A stretch of 63,249 bases of DNA, the filler included, from Octopus bimaculoides (lineage: Eukaryota): NCBI RefSeq assembly GCF_001194135.2. It is 9 parts of 9 records of this genome, joined end to end, with 100 filler letters (N's around TTAATTAATTAA, not from the genome) between each part and the next. Parts side by side here need not be neighbours in the genome. Positions count along the whole stretch, not along the records: positions 46,022 to 51,370 come from NC_069008.1; positions 51,471 to 55,100 come from NW_026407958.1; positions 55,201 to 59,117 come from NC_068997.1; positions 59,218 to 62,013 come from NW_026411730.1; 5 more parts are not named here. One strand, 5' to 3'. The position numbers and the translations under genes were made by a program. Shown here in pieces: positions 47,803 to 60,874 of the stretch (positions are counted from its first letter, which is position 1; each line of letters starts with the position of its first letter). The notes beneath the pieces were generated by a model. It was not told where the DNA came from. It did no database searches and saw only the letters and a program-made list of their open reading frames with translations.

Positions 47803-48635
47803 CTGGGATATGAATCGTCGCGACAAAAATCAGTGCTGACTATCATTTCTATAGAAAATCTATAGTGATAATCTTAACAAGTATTATTTGTTTACAACTG
47901 AGATAATAAAGATTGCTTAATGAATTATATATGGTAGCAATAAGCTCAATTAATGAAAGGTAGGGTCATCCCAATTATATTTAATGTAATGTAGCGTAAT
48001 GTTTAGGTAATTTAGGTAGCGATGAGAAACATGTATTTTTATGATAAAGGCAGGTGAAGTGTGTTTTGTTTGGTGTTAGATGAGGAGATGTAACTGGTGC
48101 AGTTTATTATTATTATGTAGTTTATCAATGATGCTGACTAAGAAATATTGGTGGAGTGTTTAATGATATTCTGCTACTCATCATCATCATCATTGTAATT
48201 ATTCTCCACCTCTTCCTGGCTCTATAAAATAATAACTTATGTTATTGGCTCCAGGAGGAATGAAAATTAAAAACGACCTTTTATGTGACATCAACTCTCT
48301 GAATATGCATGGACTAAACAACATTTTTTTAAAAAATACATTGATTTCACTTTATTTTTCTGGTTAAATCTATGTTGTTATTGTTGTTGTTGTTATTGTT
48401 GTTGACAACAAAGTTTATGAAGAGAAAACCAGATAATTTCAAATATTTCCCCTGTAACACTTGGGCCATTCTACAAGAACGAGCACCAATGAAAGATTTG
48501 ACATGATTTCTATGGGCCGGATGCTCTTCCTAACCACCAGTCATTATTGAATAATACTTGTTAAGATTATCACTATAAATTTTCTATAGAAATTATAGTC
48601 AGCACTGATTTTTGTCGCAACGATTCATATCCCAG
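47803..48635. mobile_element. 833-bp element bounded by 86-bp inverted repeats (MITE-like)
   Basis: 47803-47888 versus 48550-48635 are near-perfect inverted repeats (about 3 mismatches); no TSD found. Confidence 0.75.
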
Positions 48636-48639
48636 GCTT

Positions 48640-49669
48640 GAAAGAAATGAAGCCAGTATACTCTGACGGATGTGCAATTTCAGTGTGCATATCTGATTGA
48701 GTGTAAGTTATTTAAGAGAAAAAAGTGGGTATAAGCAGCATCGGATGTTGTGTACATGAGAGACGACTGGACTGCTGGGGTCATGCGATGTATGTTGATG
48801 AAGACAGCTGCATAAAGAAATACTCATCTCTAATTGTAGAGGGAACCTGTGGAAAGAGACGATGTTTGAAGACTAAGTGGTGAGAAATGATCTTCAGACG
48901 TTGAACCTCACAGATATGATGACAAAGGACTGAGGTTTCTGGTAATTAGCTGTGCTTGAGAAGAAACGTCAAGCTAAGTAAACTTGTGGCCATCCATCCA
49001 TCCATACGGCTCCATACCACCACCCACTGCAGGTCCCTTCACTCCCCTTCAAATACCTACCTGCACACTTATCTACCATACGCCCCTCGCAGCCACTCCA
49101 ATTTCTCTCACCATCTCTTCCCCATCTCCCAATGCCTCTCCTCATACTCTTGTGGCACTTACCCCTCTTTGCCTTCTGTACTACCTATACCCTCCCCCAC
49201 TCTTCCCTATGGGTAAGCTCCAATATATCTTCAACGCTATTTCCCTCCCTCTCTCTCACTTAGACTGTCACTATTTTTCTCTCTGATTCACACCCTTTCC
49301 TCGCCTTCCTTATCCTACTGGGGTAGCAAGTAGTTCCTCTATAATAAGACAACTTTCTCTTTCCTCATATTATACTCTAACCTCTCACCCGGCACAAAGC
49401 CATACTCCTCAATTCCTTTCCTTCTTTCAGCTGAGAGCTCAGTGTCTTGCAACTTACCTGGCGATCCCACTAGTGCTGGTGCCACGTAGAAAGCACTACA
49501 AAAAAGCACACAATACACACTGTAAAGTGGTTGGTGTTAGGAAGGGCATCCAGCTGTAGAAACCATGCCAAAGCAGACAATGGAGCTTGGAGCAGTTCTC
49601 TGGGAATCCAGCTCCTGTCAAACCGTCCAAGCCATGCCAATATCGAAGATGGACGTTAAATGATGATGA
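48640..49669 (+). mobile_element. RTE LINE 3' end, decayed
   Basis: RRLDCWGHAMYVDEDSCIKK..LIVEGTCG..NDLQTLNLT; tail GGAAGGGCATCCAGCTGTAGAAA...GGACGTTAAATGATGATG. Confidence 0.82.
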
Positions 49670-49844
49670 AGTGGAGGAGCATCTGATGCCAAGACAAAGA
49701 GATATGAGCAGACTATACATTCACACACACACTCACGCACATATATAGAAACCCACACACTTCTACATACATATACAAACACACATATATGCATTTACAT
49801 AAACAGAAATACATATATACCCATACATATCTATAAAGGGTAAA

Positions 49845-50184
49845 GACCCGCCTTCAGTCATTAATGACCATGGGATTGCACCTAGAAAGTTCTATTCTGA
49901 GGCATAAGTCCGGGCAAGATTGTTTATGGAAGGCCAGCAGTCATCTATGCATATCAGCCCTCCTCCCCTCTCCATGACACTGATGCTATCCAAGGGAAAG
50001 GTAAAGGGGCCGATACAGCTTGGCGCCAGAGACATCGCCACTCATTTCTACAGCTGAGTAAACTGGAGCAACGTGAAGTAAAGTGTCTTGCTCAAGAACA
50101 CAACACACAGCCTGGTCCTGGAATCGAACTTACTACTTCATGATTGTGAGCCCAACGCTCTACCACTGAGCTATGTGCCTTCAC
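49845..50184 (-). mobile_element. tRNA-derived CORE-type SINE, near full length
   Basis: Reverse complement GGCACATAGCTCAGTGGTAGAGCG...GTTCGATTCC..GTTCTTGAGCAAGACACTTTAC. Confidence 0.88.
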
Positions 50185-50524
50185 ATAATGTTCTTTACCC
50201 TTTACCTTTTATCTTTTTACATATGTATATCCACATGCATATATACATACACTCATGCACATACATGGATATACACACATACATATATATATAGTATGGG
50301 ATTTACCTGTTCTGTCTACTAAACCAACATATCAGACTGTGGTCAGCCCTGAACTTTAGTACAAGGCACTCGCCTTAGGTGCTGAGCAGTAGGACTGAAC
50401 ACAAGACCTCGTAGCTGTGGAGTGAATTTCTTCATCATATACCCATATCCACACCTTTTTTGGAGAGCCACTGAAGACGTATGAGGGCTTTGTTAAAAAA
50501 AAGAGGGAGGGGGGGATTAAAAAC

Positions 50525-50995
50525 GGATACAGAGGATTCTAATTGTGGCAGCCCAGGATCAAGCGATAAAAACAAGCAGCTTGAGTAGAAAATATATATG
50601 GAGAGAATGTGTCAGAAAAATGTAGAGCCTGTGGCTCACATTGTAACAGAATGCCCCAAGCTGACACAGGAAGAAATAAAAAAAATACAATCTCCTAAAA
50701 TTTGAAATAGGAAGAATTTGGAGCATGTGAACGGTAAAGGTCGTGCCTATAATAATTGGTGCGTTGTGAACAGTAAGCAAAGATGTAGGCAAATGGCTGA
50801 AGGAGATTGAAACAGAATGCCCGGTAGAGTTCCGACAAAAAGTTTGTCTGTTAGGTACAGCAAGGATAATCAGGAGGGTTGTAAGCACTTGAAAAACTGC
50901 TGAAAACGTGTAGGTACCTAAGGTTACAAAGAGTAACCCGCTACCCACATAAATCCTATCAAGAATAAGACCAAACTTGAGTCAAACCGAAATAA
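50525..50995 (+). mobile_element. R4/Dong-clade LINE C-terminus and 3' UTR ending in (TAA)n
   Basis: LIVAAQDQA, CRACG..HIVTECPKL, VVPIIIGAL, QKVCLLGTARIIRRV. Confidence 0.88.
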
Positions 50996-51038
50996 TAATA
51001 ATAATAAATATAATAACAACAACAACAACAACGACGAC

Positions 51039-51155
51039 AAGAAGAAGAAGAAGAAGAAGAAGAAGAAGAAGAAGAAGAAGAAGAAGAAGAAGAAGAAGAA
51101 GAAGAAGAAGAAGAAGAAGAAGAAGAAGAAGAAGAAGAATGATGATGATGATGAT
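51039..51155. repeat. (GAA)n(GAT)n
   Basis: Direct reading. Confidence 0.97.
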
Positions 51156-51229
51156 AAGCAAGCCCGCTACGCATGCAAGGCTCCAGGAGCTCCAACAAAA
51201 CTTGTGATAAAGAGAAATAATAATAATAA

Positions 51230-51370
51230 TTAATTCGTTTTATTGGCCACACGGGCTAATATCAATTAAAGACATACAAGGACAAAGACAGGACGAAGGT
51301 TACAAAAAGGTTTTGTCCGAAAAGGTAGGAAAGTTCGTCTAAACAGAGGAAGAAAACGGAGAAAGATATA
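51230..51370 (-). mobile_element. Probable Tx1-type LINE 3' end, truncated at spacer
   Basis: TTTTATTGGCCACACGGG start after (TAA)n, like 23577, 42440 and 60875; no coding part visible. Confidence 0.55.
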
Positions 51371-51899
51371 NNNNNNNNNNNNNNNNNNNNNNNNNNNNNN
51401 NNNNNNNNNNNNNNTTAATTAATTAANNNNNNNNNNNNNNNNNNNNNNNNNNNNNNNNNNNNNNNNNNNNATTGTTTTGTTTTTTTGTGTGGCCTGAAGC
51501 ACCCATCTGTCAGTGCTGACTGCAAAACTGGTCCCTGCACCAACCGACGCGATGGAAGGAATTAAGGTGCATTGTGCACTATGTGTGCAACATATTTAGT
51601 GGACCCTTTGTTGCAGTGGATCTTTAAAGGGAGAGTCAGCAGGTAGACGTGTGTCACCTCAATATCCTAATTTCTACTTCACCTAGACCTACGTTTCTTA
51701 CTTTCAATTAAAGCTGCCTGTCTTGTTAACAGTTCGTTTTTTGTTTGTTTGTTTGTTTGTTTGTGGGTTTTTTTTTGCTGTCTATATCTAAGTCTTCTTT
51801 TCCTTCTTGTCTGTTTTACCGCTATTTTTTTTAAAGTAGGAGTGCTTAAAGTATATCTATAAAAACATACGCATATGTATATATAAGTGTGTGTGTGTG

Positions 51900-52134
51900 T
51901 AGATAGATAGACAGATAGAGACAGCCAGCTAGACACGCACTGAGATAGATAGACATGTAGATAGACAGACAGATAGATAGATAGACAGACGGATAGATAG
52001 ACAGACGGATAGACAGACAGACAGACGGATAGATAGACAGACGGATAGGTAGACAGACGGATAGATAGACATACAGATAGATAGACATACAGATAGATAG
52101 ACATACTTATAGATAGACAGATAGAGAGATAGAC

Positions 52135-52167
<33 letters not shown>

Positions 52168-52240
52168 TGTATATGTAAGTATGTACGCGTGTGAGTGTGC
52201 GTGCGCGCCTGCATGAGAGAGACAGACAGACAGACAGTGC
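51900..52240. repeat. Compound (GATA)/(GACA)/(GACG) tetranucleotide array
   Basis: Direct reading. Confidence 0.93.
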
Positions 52241-52968
52241 GTGTCTTTATGTATACGGCTTATCTGTCTATATCTCCTCGACCATTCTAAGCTAATGCAG
52301 TGTGTGCATTATAAATGTTACTTACTGGTTAACCAATTAACTCCCCACACACATACACACACATTCACACACATGTTAATTACCAACAAACTATCTGAAA
52401 CGGTGTAAAACGTTGTTGCTTTACTGCAGTTATTATTATTTTTATTTTTTATTTTTTGTACCTTCTTTGTCTCTCCTATGTATTCTTTCATGCTAGTTTT
52501 TTCTACACCTATTGTTGTTATGACGGTGTTTTTGTGTGCTGAGACACGCAAGTTGTGAGGAAACCATTGTTCTGTCCCTTAGATAGGAATCAACCAACCG
52601 TAAACAGACTTTATGCGGTTCTCTCTTTGCTTGCCGTTTATACTTACACGACCACAAGTCTGTCGGAGCATCTGCTGCTCAAATACTCAACTATGGACTC
52701 TCTTGCACGCTCACAAACACTCCGCCTTCTCTATCTCACGACATATATATATATATATATATATANNNNNNNNNNNNNNNNNNNNNNNNNNNNNNNNNNN
52801 NNNNNNNNNNNNNNNNNNNNNNNNNNNNNNNNNNNNNNNNNNNNNNNNNNNNNNNNNNNNNNNNNNNNNNNNNNNNNNNNNNNNNNNNNNNNNNNNNNNN
52901 NNNNNNNNNNNNNNNNNNNNNNNNNNNNNNNNNNNNNNNNATATATATACATATACATAGCTGACAGA

Positions 52969-53112
52969 TTAAATAGCTGAAGGATTAAAATTAATTAAAG
53001 GACATATACTAAGTATATCTACCTGCTGGAAATAACAGTCAAATCTGACTGTTCCAGGAGGTAGACATACGTAGTATGTACTTTGATTAATCGCAATCCT
53101 TCAGCTAGTTAA
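52969..53112. repeat. ~145-bp imperfect palindrome (hairpin)
   Basis: TAGCTGAAGGATT/AATCCTTCAGCTA, ATTAATTAAAG/CTTTGATTAAT, TCTACC..CTGGAA/TTCCAG..GGTAGA and AACAGTCA/TGACTGTT are nested around 53042-53045. Confidence 0.88.
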
Positions 53113-53159
53113 TGCTTTTTTTAGGGCCTGCAATCACCTATATTATTGATTCTGTTATT

Positions 53160-53241
53160 GTCATCGTGGCCGAATGGTTAAGGCGATGGACTAGAAATCC
53201 ATTGGGGTCTCCCCACATAGGTACGAATCCTATCGGTGACG
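53160..53241 (+). tRNA. tRNA-Ser(AGA), 82 nt, long variable arm; possibly a pseudogene
   Basis: Acceptor stem GTCATCG/CGGTGAC, anticodon arm ATGGA-CTAGAAA-TCCAT, variable arm GGGG-TCT-CCCC, T stem ATAGG/CCTAT, T4 at 53247-53250. T loop reads TACGAAT instead of TTCGAAT. Confidence 0.92.
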
Positions 53242-53836
53242 TTGATATTTTAGACTACATCATCTTCAATACTTCCGTTACAGAAACTAGTCTTCATCTC
53301 CCTGCTCTATTTCACCAGGTATAACTTATGCTGGCACCGTTTTCAAAAGAGCTTCCGTTTTCTCTCTCTCTCCTGTTTTCCTTTTTCTTGTTTTACTTTT
53401 AATTTAATAAATAAAAAAACACCATGAAGATATATTCTTCAGAGTTGGTACTGATTCGCTCCATTTATTGAGACCTGTGTGTACTTGATAATTGCTATTT
53501 CAATATCTACCTACACTGGTTACATCGTCCTCCTTTAGCCTCCATACGTAACTTGATAATGCAGTAGGGTGTCTATTTTTCCGCATACCAGTAAATCGTT
53601 TTAAGTTAAAGCAATCTTGAAATTATCACAGTCTATTATACAGTATTCTCTGCGAGTTTTTCCACCACCATCTTCAGCCCTAAATTTAACTCTGTACACA
53701 TTTACTTTTCTGAGACTACCACCGTTAAGCAAACTGTTTTTATTTATTATACATTTATATTAGGATTCTGGATATAATACTCGTTATATCTACTTACATT
53801 TTTTTCGTATTTTTAATATTACTACCCACAAAAATT

Positions 53837-54049
53837 GGCGTCGATCTGGCAGATTCCTTGGCATATCGGGTAAAATGCATAGCGGGAGTTCATCCGCCCT
53901 TTACGTTCTGAGTTCAAATTCCGCCGAGGTCGACTTTGCCTGTAATCTATTCAGGGTCGATAAAATAAGTACCAGTTAAGCACTGGGGTTGATGTAATCG
54001 ACTCGCACCCTCCCGCGAAATTACTGGCCTTGTGCCAAAATTTGAAATC
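53837..54049 (+). mobile_element. Nin-domain SINE (tail A variant)
   Basis: Match to family. Confidence 0.88.
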
Positions 54050-54120
54050 AGTATAACTACCGAAATTTCTAGTACAACTGCACCCGATTCTGAAATAATT
54101 TTCATACGATATCATATATT

Positions 54121-54352
54121 TATTTCTTTATTGCCCGAAAGGGGCTAAATATAGAGGGGACAAACAAGGACAGACAAAGGGATTAAGTCGATTACATCGA
54201 CCCCAGTGCGTAACTGGTACTTATTTAATCGACCTTGAAAAGATGAAAGGCAAAGACGACCTCGGCGGAATTTGAACTCAGAACGTAACGGCAGACGAAA
54301 TACCGCTAAGCATTTCGCCCGGCGTGCTAACGTTTCTGCCAGCTCGCCGCCT
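54121..54352 (-). mobile_element. Nin-domain SINE (tail B), well conserved
   Basis: Reverse-complement match to 17571-17800. Confidence 0.93.
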
Positions 54353-54933
54353 TCATAAGATATATTATCAATGTACGTACTCTAAAGTTATGACATATTA
54401 AAGAATATTTCTGTTTTAGATTACAAAATGAAAATATACGCATATCAAATGGAAATGGCGCCACGATAGGAATCTGTATGTAGAGAATTATAGCAGAGAA
54501 CCTGTTTGACTGATCTGCCGGAAGTATGGAACACATGCCCATCCGTAATTATAAAAGGAATCACATGACGTGTTGGCGTTTTTATATATTTTTAATAATT
54601 TTTCTTTATTGCTGTGCTCTTTGAAAAATTCCTGATGGGTTCAAAACTTTATGAAATGGCTACACATAAATTTGAATTTAATTACATTACACACGCGCGC
54701 GCACACACATGCACATAAACACAGCCAAATAAACAAACATAACTTTATATATACATATGTGTGTGTGTGTGAGTGTGTACGTATGCAAGCAAGAGTAAGC
54801 ATACATACACACATGCACAAATATATAAGCTATATGTACCTTTGTGTATTTATATGTTTGTATGCATGTGTGCATGTATATATACAAAGATATATGTCTG
54901 TACATATACAGATATAATTATATACGACGTATG

Positions 54934-54995
<62 letters not shown>

Positions 54996-55200
54996 CATAT
55001 ATATTAGTATCAGATTTGTTTCTCGGTCTCTCGCCTCCTGTCAGTCTCCACTTCTCTCTCTCTCTTTCTCTCTCTGTATATATATATATATATATATATA
55101 NNNNNNNNNNNNNNNNNNNNNNNNNNNNNNNNNNNNNNNNNNNNTTAATTAATTAANNNNNNNNNNNNNNNNNNNNNNNNNNNNNNNNNNNNNNNNNNNN

Positions 55201-55580
55201 CTCGTCGATTACATCGATCCTAGTACTCGAGTATTAATTATTTTATCGACTCCAAAATGAAGAAGGACAAAGTCGATCTCGGCAGAATTCGAACTCAGAA
55301 CGTTAAGCTTGAAGAAACGCCGATAGGTATTTTGTCAGGTGTGCTAACGACTCAGCCGAATATTAAAAGTGGCATTGGGTTTTATAGCACAAGGCCAAAC
55401 AATTTTAGGGAATGTATATCACTTAGATCAAACCCCGTTGCTCTGCTCAACTGGTAACTGGTTTGTTTTTCGGCCACGATAAAAGGATAAAAGACGAGGT
55501 CGACCTGGATGGGATTTGAACTCAGGATGTAAAAGTTTCGGAACAAACATTGCAAAACATTTATTCCGAGGTTCAAGTAG
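55201..55580 (-). mobile_element. Two diverged Nin-domain SINE fragments
   Basis: AAAGTCGATCTCGGCAGAATTCGAACTCAGAACG and GGTCGACCTGGATGGGATTTGAACTCAGGATG. Confidence 0.75.
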
Positions 55581-56364
55581 TTCTACCAGATGACAACAGC
55601 AACAGTAACAACAACAACAACTGCAACATCAACAAAAACGAAAAGCAAGTTGTATTTGCATATATCATAGGCAACCTCCCTCGAGGAATCTGCAGCTATA
55701 AAATGAACATAGTAACATACGGACGTACACACACACACACACACACACGCGCGCGCGTCTGTGGGTGCAATCAAAATTGTACAAATTATACAATAAACAA
55801 CTTTATCTTGGTGTTTAATTAGTTGGCATTTTGGCATTTTGCTTCTCCAAACACTTCGAAATAAGTGCTCCTGAAATTGCATATGGGAGTGTGTCGATAT
55901 GCGTACGTATGTATGTATGTATGTATGTATGTGTGTGTGTATATGTGTGTGTATGTATGTATATGTATGTGTGTATGTGTGTTATAACAGATGTTCAAAT
56001 ATGCAAAGAAGAAATATCATAAAACAGTGGGAAAGGAACTCAATCCATGATCTGGAGTAAAATATAAACAAGACTTCCAAAAGCCTGCTTCAAGGCCAAT
56101 TACGGAATCAATGTCACCTTTTAAAAATGCGTGTATAAGCACACACACATATCACACACACACACTTACATACACACACACGCACACATACACATATACA
56201 CATACACGGTACATGCAAACACATACATAAGCCTGTATATATACTCACATATATATTTACATTTATATGCATGTATGTACGTATGTATGTATGTACGTAT
56301 GTATGTATGTATGTAAGTATGTATGCATGTATGTATGTCTGTCTGTCTGTATGTATGTATGTAT

Positions 56365-56525
56365 GAAGGTTACCACGTAGTTTCCATTGATCAAATTCAC
56401 CCTCGAGCCATCATTCGATGCAGAGTTATATAGCAGAAGACACTTGCGAAGGTGCTGCGCATTGTAACTGAACATGAAAATACGTAGTCGCAAAGCGAGT
56501 CATTTAACCACACAGCCATACCTGC
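56365..56525 (-). mobile_element. CORE-type SINE head, diverged
   Basis: AGAAGACACTTGCGAAGGTGCTGCGCATTGTAACTGAAC...AACCACACAGCC. Confidence 0.72.
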
Positions 56526-57447
56526 GCCTGCGCATCACAAAAAGATAAGAGGAAATATAAAGCAAGAAAAGAATGAAAAGGTGGCTCTCCTGCAGAATAC
56601 CCGTCCATAATCCTTTCGAGCAACTCCAAAAGTAGGGGACGTAAAAGAGGAAATGGTTCTGAGACGGTTACCTGCAGCAATTGTTTGCTATACAATTGAC
56701 GCCGCCAAAAATATCCTCCAGTTAATGTTATAGAGTAAAAATTTGATGATGTGAAGAGGGTGGTTTGAATAAGTACGGAGGTATAATGGGATGCGATTTA
56801 TTTTTAATAAGGTATTTATTCAATACTTAAAGCCTTGATGTAGTGCTCTTTTGTTTGCTACACTGACAATAATGTGAGGAAAGTTTTAGTATTATAACTA
56901 TTTCATTTTCTCATAACGCTTTCTTTCAATTCAAATGATGACCATGTACATAAATATAACTGAATAAATATGTGCTATTTGCATGTAAAATGACATTATA
57001 ATTCTTAAAAAATTAAAACAACAGCGTTTCAAATTTTACAGAAACGTTCTTTCAGGATTTTTTTTTTATTACTATTCGTCTTAGAAACGTTTTTCTCTAT
57101 GTTTTCAATTCAATTGATGGTCGGTTACATAAATATAAGTATATAAATATATTTCGCTTGCATTTGAACTGAATAAATATATTTTGTTTGCATTTATAAT
57201 TACATTTTCATACTTGCAGAAGGAAAAAAAAAAAAAAAAGAAGCGTTTGAAACAACCATATTTCAAAATTTTAGAGAATGAAATAATGATTATGGAATGC
57301 ATGTTATTTCCATTACTTTGTTCGAAGTATTCTGCAATAGAATCAAAAGACAATATTATCTCTACGACTAATATTACGTAAATAATTTCTGCTAGTACGG
57401 TGGGAAAACTCCTGATATGTTTCGTCCTTTTAAACTCTCATTAGCTT

Positions 57448-57481
<34 letters not shown>

Positions 57482-57726
57482 ATNNNNNNNNNNNNNNNNN
57501 NNNNNNNNNNNNNNNNNNNNNNNNNNNNNNNNNNNNNNNNNNNNNNNNNNNNNNNNNNNNNNNNNNNNNNNNNNNATATATACGTGCATGGGCATGAGCG
57601 TGTGCGTGTGTATGCTCATGTATGCGTACATACATATATGGGTAAGTGTTTATATATATAAGCGTATATGTATGTATATGCGTGTGCAAAAGTATGATCG
57701 TGGTATTCTTTTGATACTGCGTGAGT

Positions 57727-57782
<56 letters not shown>

Positions 57783-58254
57783 ATATATGTGTTGCATGGC
57801 GTACGTAACATATACTTCCACACTGCCTTACAACACAGTCCATACTCCTTCGAGAAACTTTACAGCTGTATCAAAGCCTTACATTTCAGAGCTTTGAAAC
57901 TTATGTTTTAGCTATTGCGTTAAAATAAACGCTAATTTTTTCAGAATGTCCCTCCGTATTCTGTCTACGCCAAGAATATAAGAAAATGAGATGGCAAAGG
58001 AATAAACGATTATCTTTCGAACTTCATAAACTTATAGCTCCGATAAAGCTATAAGCTATTACGCAGGCACTCAACTATGACCTCATTGCATCCTATAACA
58101 GAAACAGGTGTAAGGTAATGAAAATCATAAAATAGTTATTTATTCCTTTGACATTTCATTTTCCTATTACTGCTCTGTACTTGACTAACTTCTTTCTGAA
58201 GCTTATGTGTATAGTATTAGTCTCGAAATGCCTAAGTCAAATATTAATACGCCA

Positions 58255-58440
58255 ACGCGGAGTAGATGGAGCAGGGACAACTGAAGACGGGAAATATTCT
58301 TTATGTTGCATGTCTTGTTTCTCTGTTTTTTTTCGTTGTTCAAAAAAAGTTCGTCTTCTGTCTTCGTCTTTATGTTTTCGTTTCTCATTGTGTTTAACGT
58401 TTTTTTGTGATGCCCTGTACCCATATATGCTTGTATGTAT
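58255..58440 (+). mobile_element. Right half of the 41430-41805 family
   Basis: GGAGTAGATG..GACAACTGA..TTCTTTATGTT...TGTGA-G-CCTGTA-CCATATATGC is shared. Confidence 0.7.
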
Positions 58441-59217
58441 ACATATAGATGTAGGTATGTACATATATGGACGGATATATGCATATATTTATATATTATT
58501 TACGTTATTATATATACGTATATAAACAGACCTTTCCTAAAGCGCATACTTTTGTTAGAAGTGTTAAACACGAAGCTCGTTCATACGCGTAAATTCTGAG
58601 CAAATTTTAGCTTCAAAAATAACACACACACACACACACACAATCACACGAAAGTTGCTAATTTATTCTCGTCATTTTCCAGTGTGAGTTACATGAAAAT
58701 ATAACAATTATGTTAAGAAAAAATTCACGAGAAAAACAACAACAAAACAATGATGAAGAAAACAGCCGAATACAATAAGGAAGCCACACGTATTTAACTG
58801 TAAAATTGTAAACATGGGAAACAACCGGACAATAATCTGGTTTGCCATATCTACAAGAATGGTGTGAGTAAACAGCCTACGTTTTTCCCACTCTACGTTC
58901 GTATGTACGTTTGTGTATGTGTGGGTGTGTGTACGTGTGTATATGCGTATGTGTATGTGTGTGTATGTACGTGTTTGTATGTGTGTGTATGTATGTGTGC
59001 GTATGTGTGTATGTGTATGTACGTGTGAGTATCTGTGTGTGTATGCGTGTGCGTGTATGTATGTACATGTGTGTATGTGTGTATGTACGTGTGTATATGT
59101 ACATGTGTGTATGCATGNNNNNNNNNNNNNNNNNNNNNNNNNNNNNNNNNNNNNNNNNNNNTTAATTAATTAANNNNNNNNNNNNNNNNNNNNNNNNNNN
59201 NNNNNNNNNNNNNNNNN

Positions 59218-59990
59218 GGACGACTTGGAGATGCGTAAACCTCGTAGTCTCCGAAAATGGGTTCAAAGTCTCGTGGCTTAGGAATTCTGGTCTCACTAAC
59301 AGCCAACTCATCGACGTTCTGTGCCTTGAGATGGTTGAGCAGGTGGCCATACTTCCAAGGCGATCCCAGGCCTTGTGCATTCGTGCTTCCTGTTCTGAGC
59401 AAAGCCACGTCATTGAATAAGAATAAAAGTGAAAAGAGAAACTTGGTTTTGTGTGGAGGGGCAGTGTGTCCATTCCTCCAATTTGATTGAGGTCTTTCCA
59501 CCAACACGTAACCAAGTCTTCACTTGGTGATATTCCCTCAAAAATCATCCACATTTTTTTATGACTGGTTTGGATGAGGAGTTCTATTCCCTTTCTCGAC
59601 CAGTCCTCTTTTTTTATGTCTGATAGACTTCGAGGATTTGGGGATTTTCCTCGATGTCTGTCGTAACCGGAGTAATTAGCCAANNNNNNNNNNNNNNNNN
59701 NGACAGCTGTTGGATATGAATTCTTGCCACAATAATAAGGAACCAACAAGAGCTTCTCGCTTTTCAAGGATTTTAGCGAGTGAGTTTTCGCTTCCTCCTC
59801 TCTTTGAAATCTCACTTCTACCACTCCATAACCCCTTCCTTTTTGTATATATATTCTTTTAGATTCCAAATGGAACCTAGCGCCTTTTGAATTTGAGCCT
59901 TGGTGGCTCTTTCTGCTCGTCTTGACTTCAACCCATTTATACGGTACGTCATTGTGTGACATACTGCACTTTGGACAGTGTCGACTGGGG
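59218..59990 (-). mobile_element. Tx1/L1-clade LINE 5' part: ORF1 remnant and start of ORF2 endonuclease
   Basis: GYGVVEVRFQREEEAK (RRM-like ORF1); TGSTNAQGLGSPWKYGHLLNHLKAQNVDELAVSETRI (APE N-terminus, homologous to 43637-43873). Confidence 0.8.
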
Positions 59991-60874
59991 AGTCGAGTTT
60001 GACAGTTAGTTCATTTCGTTCGACTGTCTGGCCTTGTTAATTTCTTCCTCTTTGAAGCGAGGGCTTGATGGAACCGCTGTGCTGGCTTCTTTGTCATCTC
60101 TTTCGTCGTGATTGTTGTTGTTGTTGTTGTTGTTGTTGTTACTGCTGCAGCTGCTGCTGTGGCTGCTGTTGTAGTTGTTGCTGCTGTTACTGGTGTAGTT
60201 GCTTTTCTAAGTCGAACAAAGTCTTCGATCGTCTGTGAAATCACATACAAAAGACTTTGGAGTCTTTACATTTTGCTTATCGTCAGTGTTGCTCTTTGTC
60301 TCTACCCCTTTTATTCGTTTCTTATACTTAAAAAAGAGTGTTATTATTGTTGCTGGAGTTGTTGTTGACAGAATGACTTTTCAAGATGTATTTCTTAAAA
60401 TAGTCTGCTTTGTCAACAATTTCAACTTCATTCCTGTTAACAACGGACTTCTCATGGTTTTCTCAAACGGGCCGACATAGCGCATCGCATTCGTACCCTC
60501 TCTCATTAGGATCTAGTGACGTTTCTCACTCATCCTCTATCACATACGAGCGTCATCGCATCCAGAGAGGTTTTCTCCGTAAATAAAAAGAAAACCCAAA
60601 AAATTTGCAATGCAAACAAGATTAAATCGAGATATCTTCAAAGACTGGAGGCAAAACACGAAAAGAAACTCTCTAGTCGACAACAATTAACTTGTCCATA
60701 ATGATACAAATTCGAGAAGTGTACACAAAATCTACTGGTGATTTTGCTTATAAAATCCACCGAGCGAGGTCGAGCGTAGCTTGCCAAGCTGGTGGCCATA
60801 AATGATGATGATGATGATTTNNNNNNNNNNGAGCGTAGCTTGCCAAGCTGGTGGCCATAAATGATGATGATGAT

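Noticed and set aside
49448-49470. ACTTACCTGGC resembling the U1 snRNA 5' end
   Set aside because: Similarity stops after 11 nt and the site lies inside an RTE 3' UTR.
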